From the NCBI RefSeq assembly GCF_000181795.1, contig NW_003526943.1:10412789-10476788 (forward strand): a stretch of 64,000 nucleotides of DNA, in the 5' to 3' direction. Positions within the stretch are counted from its first letter, which is position 1; the number at the start of each line of letters is the position of its first letter. Under the pieces are notes generated by a model. The model searched no databases. It saw nothing but the letters and a program-made list of their open reading frames with translations, and had not been told where the DNA came from. The position numbers and the translations under genes are program-made. This DNA comes from Trichinella spiralis (taxonomy: Eukaryota). Below are positions 26,001-40,687 of this stretch, in pieces.

Positions 26001-29000
26001 TTATATTTCATCAATTTTTGAGTACAACTGATGATGATTATTTTTTTAATGTATTCATATATAAATATTGAGTGAATATTTTGAAATAATTGAATATTTA
26101 TTCAAAATCATTCATTCCAATCACAAATATATTGAAGTGCTTAAATTGAAATGCATTTTATGAAAAAAATTTCAAAACGATTCCATTTTACAGCCTTCTG
26201 TTGAAATTTGATTTTATTTGTCTGAAGAAATCAATAAAACCGTGTGCTTCCATTCTTCATTATCATGAGACAAGAAAGAACCTTTATTAGTATATTTGAA
26301 ATGTAAAATAATATTTTTTTAATTTCCAGATGCAAAAAATTAATTAAACTCACTTATATTTATTTCTATTAAAATGTTTGAAATTCAAAATGGGCAAGCA
26401 TGCAAATAATAATTAATGCGGACATTTGGAAAAACTTTGTTAACATACGTGAGAATGGAGATTATTTCAAAGATTAACAAGTTTAATATTTTTGCTTATA
26501 ATCAGCTTTACAATAAAACATACTTGAATTATTTGTTAATTAAGTTAAAAATAAATGGGTATTATAGAAGAAAACAGAAAACATTTCACACTGCGTGGGT
26601 TTATGTGCTTGCTATTTCTTTGCTTTATATATACATGCATATGTAATATACTTTTATTTCATTTCTCGTTCCAACAGCATTAATGCAAAATTCAATTTGA
26701 ACTTATTGATAAAAACTGTTCAATTGAATCAATAATTCATTAACAACATTTGAAATTAAACATCTGAAATCGAACGTTTAAATTTTTTTGTTCTACAGAG
26801 TGAGAGTTTTATTAAATGCTTTCTACAGTTTTAATATTAATCAACTAATATATTTCTTTAACAAAACTTATTTTCTCTTTTATTACTTTTATTCTAGCTT
26901 AGCTTAGTTTGTAAAAGCTGGCCAAGTAAAATTGGGCAGAAGGAAACTTCATTGCTGACGATTTTAATTTAACAAAAATCATTTTAATTTAAATTTACAG
27001 GTTAATTGAAATTAGTTGCTAACACTTTGTGAATAACAATTTGTTAAATAAATAAATAAATATATATATACAATGCGCTTTTCTAACTAACTTTTAATTT
27101 ACTGAATAGTCATAGCAACTTTAAAATTTAAAATGAATAATAAAAAACAGCCTTGCTTTAATTAAATTTCTCTGCTGATATTTTATTTATTAAAGTTAAT
27201 TATTTTACATTCAGTTAAATTAAAAGTTTTTACGAATTGCACAACAGTTGCACAAATTTGCATATGAAAGCTAAAACAGCTCTCGAATCTATTGAAAAAG
27301 TTGAAAATCTGATTACTAAAGTAAATTCAAATATGCATAATTATTTTCATAATCTGCTCTTTTATGAAGCTGATTAATTAAATTTCCATTTTTACTTGAA
27401 TTTAAAATTAAAACAAATTAACTGTTAAAAATTTAAATAAATTCTCTTACAGCTGTTGCGTAAATTTTGTCGAATTCACGAACAATAAATGCTATTCAAA
27501 TGGCATGCTCCATATTATATATGATCAATTCAGTACTTTGGAACAAGGAAATTTATTACATTAATGGTTTTATCATATTTATGAAAAAATTTTTATTCAT
27601 ACTTATTAAAACTTAATTTCATTTTTAATTTTAATAAAAACTCTTCGTGCATTTAATATGCTTTCATTTTATTAAAACTAGGCATGCATTGAAACAGATT
27701 GGTTTTTCATTGTTTGCTGGCTTAGAAGAATGAATCAACATAGCATCATATTGAATAATTAGCATAATAGAGAGAATTTTATTAATGGTCCTATTTTAAT
27801 AGTTCTAACTATCCATTGCTTTATGATTTTGTGTAAATTATTGGTATGATAAAAATAAAAAGGCTTTTTTTTCAATTTACACTGCTTACATTTCATTTCT
27901 GATCGCTATTAAAGGATGCAGAAAATGAATAAATGATACATGAAATACGTTGTCGTAAATATTATTAAACTTGAACTGTTCTAACAATCATGTGCTTCAA
28001 ATTCTAAGTTTATTAAATTGAATTTGTTTATATATTTTTAAGAAAAGGTTAAAAGTGACGTCATTCAGGTATTCATTAAAGCAAATCTATTTCAATTTGC
28101 AGTTTATGATATAACGTTTTATGTTTAATAATTATTTATTCTTATCTAATGAGCTTAACATTATGGGTGAGAATTTTTCAAACGATATTAATTAATTATT
28201 AAAAATTAGATATGTATTAGGTTAAAACCATATATTTTCCATGTATTTCTGGCAGTAATATGTTTAGAAAAATTATTATTTATTCTATGAAAATTAAAAT
28301 TTTAACTATACATCATAATTATTTCTTTAATTAGATGCACGTCTGACATAAAATGTTTCCATTGTCCATAAATAATGTCTTTGTTTTAATTTGCAAAAAT
28401 GCAATTCAAAAAGCCATTGCTTTCAGAGTATTTATTATTATTATTACTACTACGCAAACATATGCAACATTAATAATACATTAAATCATTCAAATAGCAG
28501 ATACATATGGAAATATTCATGAGATGAACTGAATTATTATAGCAGATCTATTATTTGTTATTCAATTTCCTTTTTATAATCATGCGAATATGTTTTATTT
28601 AAAAAATGAAAACAACTTCATCGTTTTTTAAAGTATTGAAAATGGAGAAAAATTTTAATAAATTCATTGTTAAAAATCGTGCACACACGACACTTTGAGA
28701 ACAACTCTTCTGACAGAAATGAAACTCGCAATTATTAGATAAAATTTATCTTTTCTCACTCTATTCAATTAATTGAATGCACCTATTTGGCATACATTTT
28801 TGTGATTGTTCTTGCTAGTGCATTTTCTAAATGGAAGAAAAATATGTAAATTAAAATTTTCAATTAATAAGCTGAATCTACAGCTCACATTCAATTTGTT
28901 ACATGATAATTTTATTCTTAAACGTTTTACTATTTATTTTGATGCACTATACCCTATAAAAGCTTTAAAAGACTGTGATAGTAATTGTTCAATATACACA

Positions 29001-31093
29001 ATTTGCATATTATAAATTCAAAGAACCATTTATTCATTTCATTTTTTTACAGAATAATTCTTCATTAAATTATTAATCGTTGATATTCTTATCGTTATAC
29101 GATCGAATATAAAAATTTATATATCTATATTTAATATAAGGCACATTTTAAATGTAGAGGTTGAAAATTAAATTTGCTTTTTTTCTCCCTTTTGAGGGTA
29201 ATTTTTTTAATGATGCATTTTATTGTTACTATAAATTAAAAGTCATTAAAATGTATGTATTTGTGCGCTGAAAAATTTCTCTTCAATGTTCACTACTAGA
29301 GTTATTTTTATAGAAATCATTTTCCTGTCTGCTTAACGATGTCTTGTTATAAGGCGTCGACCAAGCAACAATCTTGCTAATGGATAAGCGATAAATGTTC
29401 GTTAAATTAGGCACTTGTTCTGGCAATCAGTTATGAAATTCAAGACACAATATTTTTACTGATATTCATTGAAATGCTCAACTTGCCGCTGATTAGCTGA
29501 TATTTGAATACATAATATTCAAAGTTTAATACAGCAAGTTCAACTATGAAAAAAAATCTTGCAAAATAGTTCTGCATTAGCTGAAGATTTTCAATATTTT
29601 CGTGTTTTGAAATGAAATATATTTTCTACAGTCATCTTCTTCATTCCAACAAGGCACTGACACTGCTCAAATCAACTTTTAGTTACACATTAAACGAATA
29701 TACAATCTTATACAGATGTCACATGTCTGCATCTAAATTGACGCATCTGTATCAGTTACAACAATCATTTCAATTAATCAATGTACAGAAATAATAATAA
29801 TAATAGTAATGGAATGCTGCTTTTTTGCATTCTTTGCATCATTGGCTAATTTAAACAAAGAGCAGCACACTTTACCATGATCGACCAACTAAACAAGCTG
29901 CGCATAATTATGATAAAACTTGGCTTTTGATAAGCACTTTGATACTTATTTATTAGCATACTGACAGGCCAAGCATGCATTATTGCCAATCACGCTCGGT
30001 TAGTCATTTTTGCCAGATCATTTATATAAAAATTTTCATGGTCACCGGAGTTGATAGAAAAATGACTACGCCTTTAACTGATTGCAAAGATAATGAGCAC
30101 AAAAAAAATCAAAATAAATCACAAAGACTTGATTGCACGTTCATGTAGGCATAAAATGGGGATTGGTAATGCCAAAAGTGCACAGCAAGCCAATAATATT
30201 ATAGCCAACTAATTTCCGTGAAACGGCAATCAATATGAATAAAACCAACTCTAAAATTGGTGATTGCTTTTGAGATAGTAAAAAAGCAATTTCATATTCA
30301 CAATAGACTGAATTTTGCTTTACAAATTGCTTAATTTTTCAAAATTCACTAAATGAACTGTCACTTTTCTCATGCTAACATGTAATGCAACAAAAAGAAG
30401 CAATTCAACAATTTATTTATTTATTTTATTCCAAAGTCTGTCAGCTTCAAATTTAGCTGTAAATTAAAATTGGGTTAATTTACAAAATCATGATAACCAA
30501 TCACATCTGACAGTTGAACAAATATAAAGAAACAAGTGTAGCGTCCTATTTTACAATTTATACAATCTATTAGCTTTAAAGCTTATTAGATAGCTGTTTA
30601 AAATAAAGCCACTTAAAAAAGAATAAGTTCATAAAATTAAGCATAAAATATTTTTATTTTCAAAATTTTAAAACATTGTTTTATAACTTACAATGCTAAG
30701 GTTAAAAATTGAAAGACTGAAAAATAAATCATTTATAATGGATAAAAGGTTTAAAAGTTATATTTAAAATTTTAATGATCAAAGCTAATTTTCAGTTCAG
30801 TGTCTAAAATAGTATAAAGATTATTTTATTATGTCAAACAATTTAAAAACATATCATTGCGCAATCACCCCAAACATAATTGTAAGCAAGTGCTTCACTT
30901 ATCATTCAAACATAGCCGTTAAGCTAATTTACGTTAATTCATTAATATAAACTATATTCCAAAGTATTTTATAATTTTGACAACTTTTTTTAAATCACCT
31001 GATTTTTTTATAGTCCTTGCAAATCATTAACAGCTACATTGATGGATCATCATATTGCTAACCATTTGTTTTGATGGTTTGGTTTTTTCTTCG

Positions 31094-32867
31094 ATGGGGG
31101 CTTGCCTTGGCAGAGGTCATATATCAACCTATGCTGACGATTTAGAAAACACAAGTATGGAATTTAACACCTACCTCTTTCACTTTGATTTCTTTTAATT
31201 AAAAAAATTTTTTTACATTCATTACGTTTAAAGCAGCTTTAAACCAAACAAACAGCTGTATTGTTAATATATTCTGCACTGTTCATATTTATAAGAAATT
31301 TAGTAATAGTTAAATTTATTATAATATTTGATTAAAATTCTTTTGGAAGAACAAAAATACAATTAGTTAATAAACACAGAGCAAATTAATTTTTTTCCAT
31401 TGTTTCAATTTTGTTATAAATTGTAATTTTTTGATATTGACTTTCAATAATGCTCGTTTGTTATAAAGCAGTAATGTATGGGATAGAAGCATTTCAGGAA
31501 ATATATCTCCTGTTATGCGAGTTGTGTTATTCCGGAAGAATCTGTTCTTTAAGTTATTTTAATTTCTATTTCTATTCTATATTTTTTATTTATAGTTTTT
31601 ATAGGCACATATTTTAATGTATGGAAATAATTTTAGTTTAAAAGTGACATTTCATCAAACATCAATACTATTGTAGTTATTATTGGTAAGAGCAGACCGC
31701 TGATTCAAGAAAAGCCAAAATGGAAATCTGATATTCCTGTGACCATTAATGAAGTGGTCCTAAAACGGAAAGAATTCTGGGAAACAGCGCCAGCTTTCGA
31801 GGGTCGGAAAGAAATTTGGGATGCTCTGAAAGCAGCCGCTCTTCAATCTGAACAGGGTGACTTTGCTCTTGCGCAAGCTATTTTGGATGGAGCTTGCATT
31901 TCTTTGCCCGATGGTGAGCGTTTTTAATGTTGTGTCTTTAATTTGTAAACTGTGAAAATGTGCGTAAAATATTCAGTTTGCATAACGAGATTAAACTTTG
32001 ATAAATCGAGACTATACAGTATGAAATGTATTAATGATTTTCAGGTAGTTGAATGAAGTAAACAGTTTATGTTATTTTTTGTTTGTCAATATATGGCAAT
32101 TTATGATTTAAAAAATTTAATTGTAACGCTTTTTATCCTAACATGTTTTGTTTTCTGTTTGTTAGCTTTTGTAGTAGTAAGGTTTTTGTCGCTTTCATCA
32201 ATATTCACAAATGGAAATGGAAATTCATATGAAAATTGTCTATTATTTATTATGCTTGTATTTACATGTGTGAATTGAAATTATAGGTACACTTCGTGAG
32301 TGTTATGATGAATTAGGCAATCGTTATAAGATACCTTTGTACTGCCTTTCTTTTCCTAATAATTTGGTAGAAGAACGCGCACTGCCTTCTGAACCAAGCG
32401 ATGTGTCGGTTGACTGTGAAACAGTAGTAAACGAGGTGCAAACTTGCAGCATAAAATTACGCATTTCGTCTACCGGCAAAGACGTCCGATTATTGTTGAA
32501 AAGCACAGACTCTGTATTAAAAGCGAAAAATTTGTTGCATTCATTGATACCAGATTTACCTCCGCCGGAGAAGCAGCGTTGGTTTTTTGGTGGCAAGATG
32601 CTTCACGATCGTGCGCTTATTAAAAACTGTAAAATCCCGCCCATGTTTGTAATTCAAGTTGACGCATCTTGCAAAGAGAGGATTTCTCCCTTTGAGAAGA
32701 ATGCGACGAAAGATTGTGCTTTAAAATTAGGAAAATTTGTAAATGATTCTCAGCTAGATCCGAACTTACAGTTTACGGGAAAACTGCATGGCAAATGTGT
32801 TCCTGTGGTTGATCATTTGTCGCATAATCACAGCCGAGAGAATTTACCAACCCCCGTGGATTCTTGA
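31094..32867 (+). CDS. UBTD: Ubiquitin domain-containing protein UBTD1/2 (DC-UbP); exons 31094..31154, 31677..31913, 32287..32867
   Basis: Myristoylation-type start MGACLG, then [53 protein letters not shown], and the ubiquitin-like domain [10 protein letters not shown]. The C-terminal extension after VIQV is less certain. Confidence 0.92.
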
Positions 32868-35800
32868 ACTGAGCTTTCCTGAACAAGAAAAGTACATTAG
32901 CATCATGATCTACGCGGTTTCCGAACGGGAGCTATGCAGAATGTAAAACTTTTACATTCTTCTAGCAAATGTGAATAGACTGTGTATTATTGTTACGTTG
33001 TTTTTTCTTTCTTTTCCTGAACTGTTGCAAAATCTCATTTCAGTTTATTTATTCATTCATTCTCAGGATAATTTCTGACTTTTTACAGTATAACAAACGG
33101 CGACAGTTTTGCCAAAGAAATTTCATTGTTGCGTATAATAAAATGGTATGACAAATTTTATTGTCATATCACATACTGTGATAATAATAAACTAGTTCTG
33201 TCAGTGGTTTTTGTTTAATTTTATTACAGAAAGTTGTTGTCAATGAGAATTTAAACATCGGATAATCAAAATAATAGTACTTAATAAAGCAAAAATATAG
33301 CTATACAATCGTTTCAAATAATGAATAAAGAATAGATTAAAATTACCAACAAATGCAACTTGGACAGCACGCTGCTGTCTAGACAAAACAATAAGGAATG
33401 TTTTAGGTGGTAAATGTGTAAATTTGCATAATATCATTTCTCATTTTGGCGTTTTTAGTTATCATTTTTATTCACGCCATACAGCTTATTTTTCAATGAT
33501 ATCAGATTACTAGTGCAATTTTTATTCATTTATGAGGATTTATTTTTTCATTTTACACTGATTATATTTTTTGATATTGCTTATTACGGTATGTTCGTTT
33601 CATAAAGTATTTTATCAAAAGATACGTTTGGAATGTCTAATAGAAAGTAAGAAATCTTAAAGGTTTACTTTAAGCTAGTTGCTTTGTAATGAGAGAATCT
33701 GAATATTCAATATTGAAAATAATCATTAAATGACATGACAAACACAAACTAGCTGATGAATTCAGTAATTAGTTGCTCGCTTTTGCATTAAAAAGCCTTT
33801 CCAAATTGAAATTTTAGTTTAATGGTTTCTTCTTGACATTTTGTGAAAACAATTCAATATAATTAAAAAATTACACTGAAATACAATTACATATTTTCAA
33901 TAGTTTAATTAAAAATTAAAGAAAAATGGCAGATAATTTCAATTTAATTATGAATTTAAAATTAGCAGTCGTGCATTTTTACTCATTAATTTTTTTATTA
34001 AGCTATTTTATTAGTTGTTCAGTAAGTAATGCACATAGCTGAACCAAATTTGCATAGTGAATACGCAATTCATTCGCTTGTATGTTCAAATATTGAATTA
34101 TAGCTTCCATTTTCAGTTTTTCTTCTTTTCAATATTCTATTGCTTCTTTTGCTTTAAATTTTCATTCACTTTTTGTTCACAGCTTTTCGTGTTGTGCCTA
34201 TTCTATAAATTTTCATAAAAATGCTGCATTAAACATGCTGTTTAAAATGCTGAATAATTTTTCAATGATAATATAGCTTTAACTACAGATAAATTAGATC
34301 AGATATTTAAAATAATTTTTTAACATCTTATTAACATTTATTTACGTTGTTGCTTTTGTACGAATGTTATAAGGAATATGTCTTTTGAAATTGCATTATC
34401 AAAAGTCATTTAAAATTTAAATTGATTTGACTCTTTTGTTTCATAAATATTAGTTTTCTTTACAAAACTACTGACATAAACGGCATTAATCACAATTACA
34501 CCATATTTAATTTTTTTAATTGATTGATAATCTTATAACATAGCGACAATTACGTTTTATATATTTTAATTTGCCTTATCTTCATGGAATTTTTGAAAAA
34601 TAAGCAACTGATGAAATTATTTAGAGATTTTTTTCTAATTATTTAAAATTAGCCGTGCTTTTTCAATAACTACAGTATGACTCTTCTTATGGTTTAAAAT
34701 GTTCAGCAGAGCAAATTTTGAAAAATCAATTTCTTTATAGTTACTATATTAAATAAATATATATATAACAGAAAAGTATGTTTTTTATGTAAATCACAAG
34801 TAGTTTGAGAATTTTTTTTCACATGCGCAAAAAGGAATGGTTAAATATCATCCTGCAGTGCTTGAGTTAGTTTGGAAAATTTCGAAATTTTCAGGTCATT
34901 CTAAAATTAAAATTTATTATTCAAATCAGCAATAAAAACTGTTTGAGAATAATTTTCGACATTGAAAAGATATTACCACTGGACAAATGGTTATTACATT
35001 CTTTTAGCAAAATTACAATGAAAGTATCTAATATCTTAGTGGTTTGTCCTTACAAAAAAACCTTTTTTATTACAATTTTAACCTAAATTTATTTTATTTT
35101 TCTATTATATATTACCTGAATTTTTTAGAAATTGGGCTTGTGATGACCGTGAACTCTTTTTTTAACTCTTTAAAATTTTTTGTGTCAGTGGAACGCAGTC
35201 AGTGGTTATGAAAGATGCAGGCAGATACTGCTACTTCTGCGATTTTTTTACCTGTTCAGGTCATTTTACCAAATAACTACCTTCAGGTATGCATTGATGG
35301 TTTTTTAAATTAAATCATTTCCTTATTTTTTTAAATATCAAATTTCACTTTGAAATATTATCTATTTAAATATGCTGATGAACTGATGAAACGCGATGCA
35401 TAAAACAAATTGTTAGCTTTATTAACGAACTCTTTTATTTAAGAAAGTTGTTTTATATTGATATTCTACGAGATTAGCTAGCTGAAGTCAGAATTCAAAT
35501 AAGTTGAAATACTATGCATTAAATTGAATTTAAAGGAAATAAAATTCTTCTGGCCAAAGTGAATATTAATTTTTCATCTTATAATATTATTGCATTTTGG
35601 ATCATTTTTTGATGATGAAAAGATTGTAATGCAAGCAAAACTGAACATTAGATTAATTTGAACAGTTTATAAAATTAATTACATTCTTTAGATGTTCTGT
35701 GTTAACATTTACTTATATGTATATTTAACGTCGCATTTAATTTTTTAAATAAATTTTCATCATTCAATTTGCAAGATTTTTTTGAGATCTTCAACATTTC

Positions 35801-38800
35801 AGTATTGAATAGTCACAATACGCATATTGTATACGTACTCCTCAGGAATCTCTTATACTAGCGTTAATTACGTAAAGTTATGCGCATGTAACATTAATTA
35901 ATTAGACCATATTTTAATAGTATAAAGAGATGAAGAGAATTTTCTTAAAAATAATAAAAATTTGTATACTTACGTATTATAATTGAATGGTATTTAAAGT
36001 GGTTGTAGTGAATTTCAATAGCATGTGCTTCAGTAAGATTATTTATTCTTACTGAACGTAAATATTATCATGAATTTACATTTAGAATGTTCTCATTCAA
36101 AAATTGAATTACAACTGAACTTTAAATTATAATTTATGTTGCATTTCAAATACAAATGTGAAACATATTTCTATGTTAAACAAATAATTTCTATTTTGCA
36201 TCTTTTGTAACTTAGCTTTATGAATTAAAGTTTTTAAGTTTTTTATATAATAATTGTAGTAAAGAATTTCGCTTACTGTAAATGAAGATAAACAACTTTT
36301 TTGAATTTTAAAAATAAAAGATATATAAATAAGTCATGCTTGTATATTCAGTAATTTGCAAAATATATGCTATGAAAGTATAATTAGTATTTAATGTATG
36401 AAGCAAAAGTGGAAATGTTTTCCAGTACATTTATTGAAATGTGTTTAGTATTGATTTCATATGTTGTTGTGCATCGGATTGCAATATCTGTAGTTTGCAT
36501 TTTTTTTAATCAAGAACATTAAATACTGAAAAGAACATAAATTAGAGTTCACTTGAATGTTATATTTTTGCAAGCAGCTGTATTTGTTCTACAATTAAGA
36601 TAATTTATTCTAAACTCTCAATATAGCGTTTATTGATAATGTAATGATAAGTTTAAACGATTATTTTGATGCATTTGATCAGAGAATTAAATTGTACAAT
36701 AAGTGATGAGTTTTTTTTATTTTATTGTATTTTTTTCGTAACTATAAAGAATTTTATAGCTTTGTTTTGCAGACAATTTCAACGGTGGCACCAAATTGGT
36801 TTACGGTACATGTTTAATTAGAGAATAGAAGAAAAAACAATTGAACTAATTTTAATTTCTACGAAGTGACTGATTTGACGTTAATTTTCTTTTTTCTAGA
36901 CCGTTCCATTTAATTGTCCAAGCAATTTACTTTTTTGTATTACTTTTATTTTTCATCGTTGATTTTATCTGATATTTAATATGATCTTTGCACAGGAAAA
37001 TTGTAATTGCATTTTTTTAAGCTTTTATCATTTTTAAGCGGAAGAAATGAATTTCACTTGTTCATTCAACTTTGACATGATCGACAAGGTGGAAACTCAG
37101 TGACAGCTATTACAAGTGCATTAAATATTCTGGCAATCCTGAAGACGCCCACAACTTTGCTCAATGATTCATTGCTACGGTAAATTTGTTTTCTTTTCTT
37201 TTTACCTTTTTTCCATATTCTTGATAAATCTTTTTAATTTTTATTTTGAAATTATAAACATACTCAAGAATGATTATTAAACACGATGCATTAATTTTGA
37301 ATTTATTATAAAAATTTTCTTTTTAATCTACAATTTTTATTGATATATCATTTCATTTTAAGCGTTGTGCAGAATAACGAACTTTATGTGGTGTTGAGAA
37401 TAGCTGTGATAGAATTTGCTTTTTTCTCAGATTTCTGCATTGAATATTAATAAATTATTGTTTATTGTATTTTTGAAAAGGGGAATTAATTGCTCTTTTT
37501 TGCATTGTATTTTATTCAATTAATTAATTTATTCATTTAAGCATGACATGGAGAAATGTTGAAACTGCATGTATGGTTTACTCAAGCAACTTGACATATT
37601 CTTTTAAAATATATTAAATAAAGATGTAAATTTATTTTAATAATATCACTATATAACGTTTCATTACTAATATTAGTTTTAAAGTAACCATTTTACAATT
37701 AAAATTTAACCAATTACTACAGTTAATAAGTTATATATTAGAAAAAGATATTTTAAATGTTGAAATATAATATTATAAAATTAAAATCAACATAAACATT
37801 AATATCGTATTCATGCATTTTTTGAAAATGATGATACATTAAATATTCTGTTAATCAAACTTTATTTTTTTTCTATAAAAATGCATTGAAAAAGACTTAT
37901 TTTACAATTGAGAATAATAGAATAGTAATATTAGCTTGCAAATTTATGTTCTAAATTTCTAAAGATATTGAATTCACAATGCCAATTGATGCATATTTCA
38001 AAAACAAATTGATTATTATAAAACCTTATTGTAATTCTGAGTAACTTACGGAAATTTTGCATGAAATAAGGGTTGTCTTTGTGCTGTGTCTTGCATATTC
38101 ATATATATATATATGATGCAGCTACTTATAATTTGAAATGCTCTTTTAATTAATATTTACGTTCACGTTTTAATTATATGCTTGTATGTCACAATCTGCT
38201 GATGTCAGGAATATGAATCGAAACGAATTACAATTTAAACTTGAAATATTGATAAAAATTAATTTTCTTACTTACACTACTACATTGTTCTTCATATCTA
38301 TTTCAATAAGGAAAATTTTCACTTGACAAATAATAATTAATTTGCTTTTTTCTGCTTTTACACATTTCTTCTTGCGGATTAAATTCCTTTTTTATAATAT
38401 CTTTTAGTATTTTTTTTTGAATAAATTAAATTTTAATTCATTAATCACATTATGCTCTGCAATTACTCGACTAAATTTTTCTGTTGTTTTGAAGTGAACA
38501 GTTTCGATTGATAAGAATGTTTCATGGCAGAAATTTGAAGAACATACTGGGAAACTTTTTGCACAAGAAGATTAAACAGAACATTTTCACTTTTATTGAT
38601 CATGGATTTAAAAGTAGATGTAGATTTTTCATATCTATGTTCAGCATTCGTGAATTTTTACTCTCTAAATTCTCAAATTTCATAATTGTTGTTCAAAAAA
38701 TTTGCCTGCTTTCTTCTTCTTCTTCTTCTTCAAAGAAGTTTGCTGATCCAGCAATGCGAAGTGGGGGCGGATTTTGGCAAGGTGTTGTTTATTCAAACAC

Positions 38801-40621
38801 AACACGTTGTGAACAATGACGAACGTTGGAAGAATTTCACGCCAGGATCAATAATGAACGCAAATTTATTTCAATTTCAGTTTCAATTCATGTAGGTGAT
38901 TTGTAATTTGAAACATTCCCTATTCAATTTTTTGAAAGATTCACATGACATGGATGTTTCATTTACAAAGAAAAGAAGAGGCAGATTAAGATGACTAGTA
39001 TTCATTTGTTAAATTAATTTTTTTCAAAATATGTACATTTTCAATTGTAAAGTTGCACGAAATGAAAATTTTATTTGTTCATTTTTTTGTCAAAAATTCT
39101 AACACCTGCATTTTGAAGATTACTGTAAGTTGGGTATTCATCAACGTTGAGGTGATTGTTTTTTGAATGAAAATTGTATGGAATAGTTTGATGAAAATGA
39201 AACAAATGTGCGGATATATGCGAAACCACCTTCAGGGCAAGGCTGTGAACAGTCCTTGGAAAAAGCCGTATGGCAAGGTCGTGACCCAGACGTAGTTGAG
39301 GTCAATTTGAATTCGCCATTGTTTCTCAGTGTGACTAGAGTCCGTCGATCCGGACGTGGATTAGCATTTTGATCAGTGATTGTGAATGTGTAGTTTTGTT
39401 CAATGAATTTCATTTCCATTCAAATTGTCAAATCTATTTTCCGTTATATGACAGCTGTTGTGAATGGAATTCAAGTGATTTGCACAATTTGTTGTTGCTC
39501 TCGAGTTCGTACTAGTCTGTACCATGGTGATCTTTACGCTTTTCCGTGCCATTTTCCGGCATTTCTTTTTATTGCTGCTGTTGTTCAAATTTTATTTGTC
39601 GACTTTTTTTTTCAACCCCCCCCCCCAAATTATTCATCATCATCATCATCATCGTCTCAGACAACATGCCATCTATGCATGCAATGAACGATAAAGGAAA
39701 AATATGCTTGGAAGCAGCTTTTTCTTATGCTTCTTCTTTTTGGGTTTGTTTGACCAAAAAGTGAAAATTCTCCCATTCAACAGCCATGTTAAAGGTCAGA
39801 TTTAGCCGACACCGAAGCTCGTTTCTCTCCTCTCCATCCACTGCTTGGTGCTGGATGATGGGCATTTGGGGGGGGGGGGATATTGACCTTGATTGACTTG
39901 CCGTGTTGGGCATATTGTTGTTCGTTCGCCTTGGGTTATTGGGTCAATGCGTCTGGCGGGCGATCGATCGATCGACACTGGCCGATGGTCAGCAGCTGCT
40001 TGTTTACTTATAGTTGGAGCCAGGCACTGCCTGACTTGCTCTTATTTGCCCCAGACGGTCAGTGGCTGGACGCGGCCTGGTCATGCGGCAGGTTTGTTTA
40101 CCAGCTGCGCGGCATCTATTGGCCGCCTCCTTATTATTTATTGAACGCCAAACGCGAAAGCGTTCATTTCAGGCCATTCGGCGATGCTGGTCAGCGGCTC
40201 GGTTTTCTCTCTCTCTTCTCTTCTCTTCTCTTCTTTTCTGTTCATTCACATTCACATCCCCCCTTTGCTTGTTCATTTACATCTCTCGTTTTCTCTTGCT
40301 TTTCATTTTTTTTTCTCCATTTAATTTTTCTCAGACAATTTTCTCGAGTCCAAATATCGACCAGATCTCTTAAGGTATATTTTGGTGTTTCTCAGCCGAC
40401 CTGATCCAACTCTCGAATAGCAGCTTTTCTCTGTGCTTGTTCAACTTCATCCGGTGTCTTTCGTTTGCCAAAATATGCAATTTTATTAATTTTTCCCTTT
40501 TCATTTCCTTCTTCTATCTACTACATGTCGGTGACGGTTAAACTACGGCTGGCATTTTTTGTGCTGTGCTAGCGGAAGTGGGTTTGCCGGTGCGAGAGGA
40601 TCAATGCGTTGGCGCGACCGA

Positions 40622-40687
40622 GTCAACCCGTAGATCCGAACTTGTGTTCAGATTTTTGAGCATCACAAGCTCGTGTCTGGGGTGGAC
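40622..40687 (+). ncRNA. mir-100: pre-miR-100; mature 5p 40625-40646 AACCCGUAGAUCCGAACUUGUG
   Basis: Exact match to canonical miR-100-5p. The 3' arm CACAAGCTCGTGTCTGGGGTGGAC folds back on it and resembles miR-100-3p (CAAGCT start). Confidence 0.97.

Noticed and set aside
35160..37185. Scattered exon-like segments with AG/GT borders (~35170-35286, ~36773-36805, ~36995-37179)
   Set aside because: The frames examined contain stops and I could not build a coherent protein. They might be non-coding exons, but the sequence alone does not support this.
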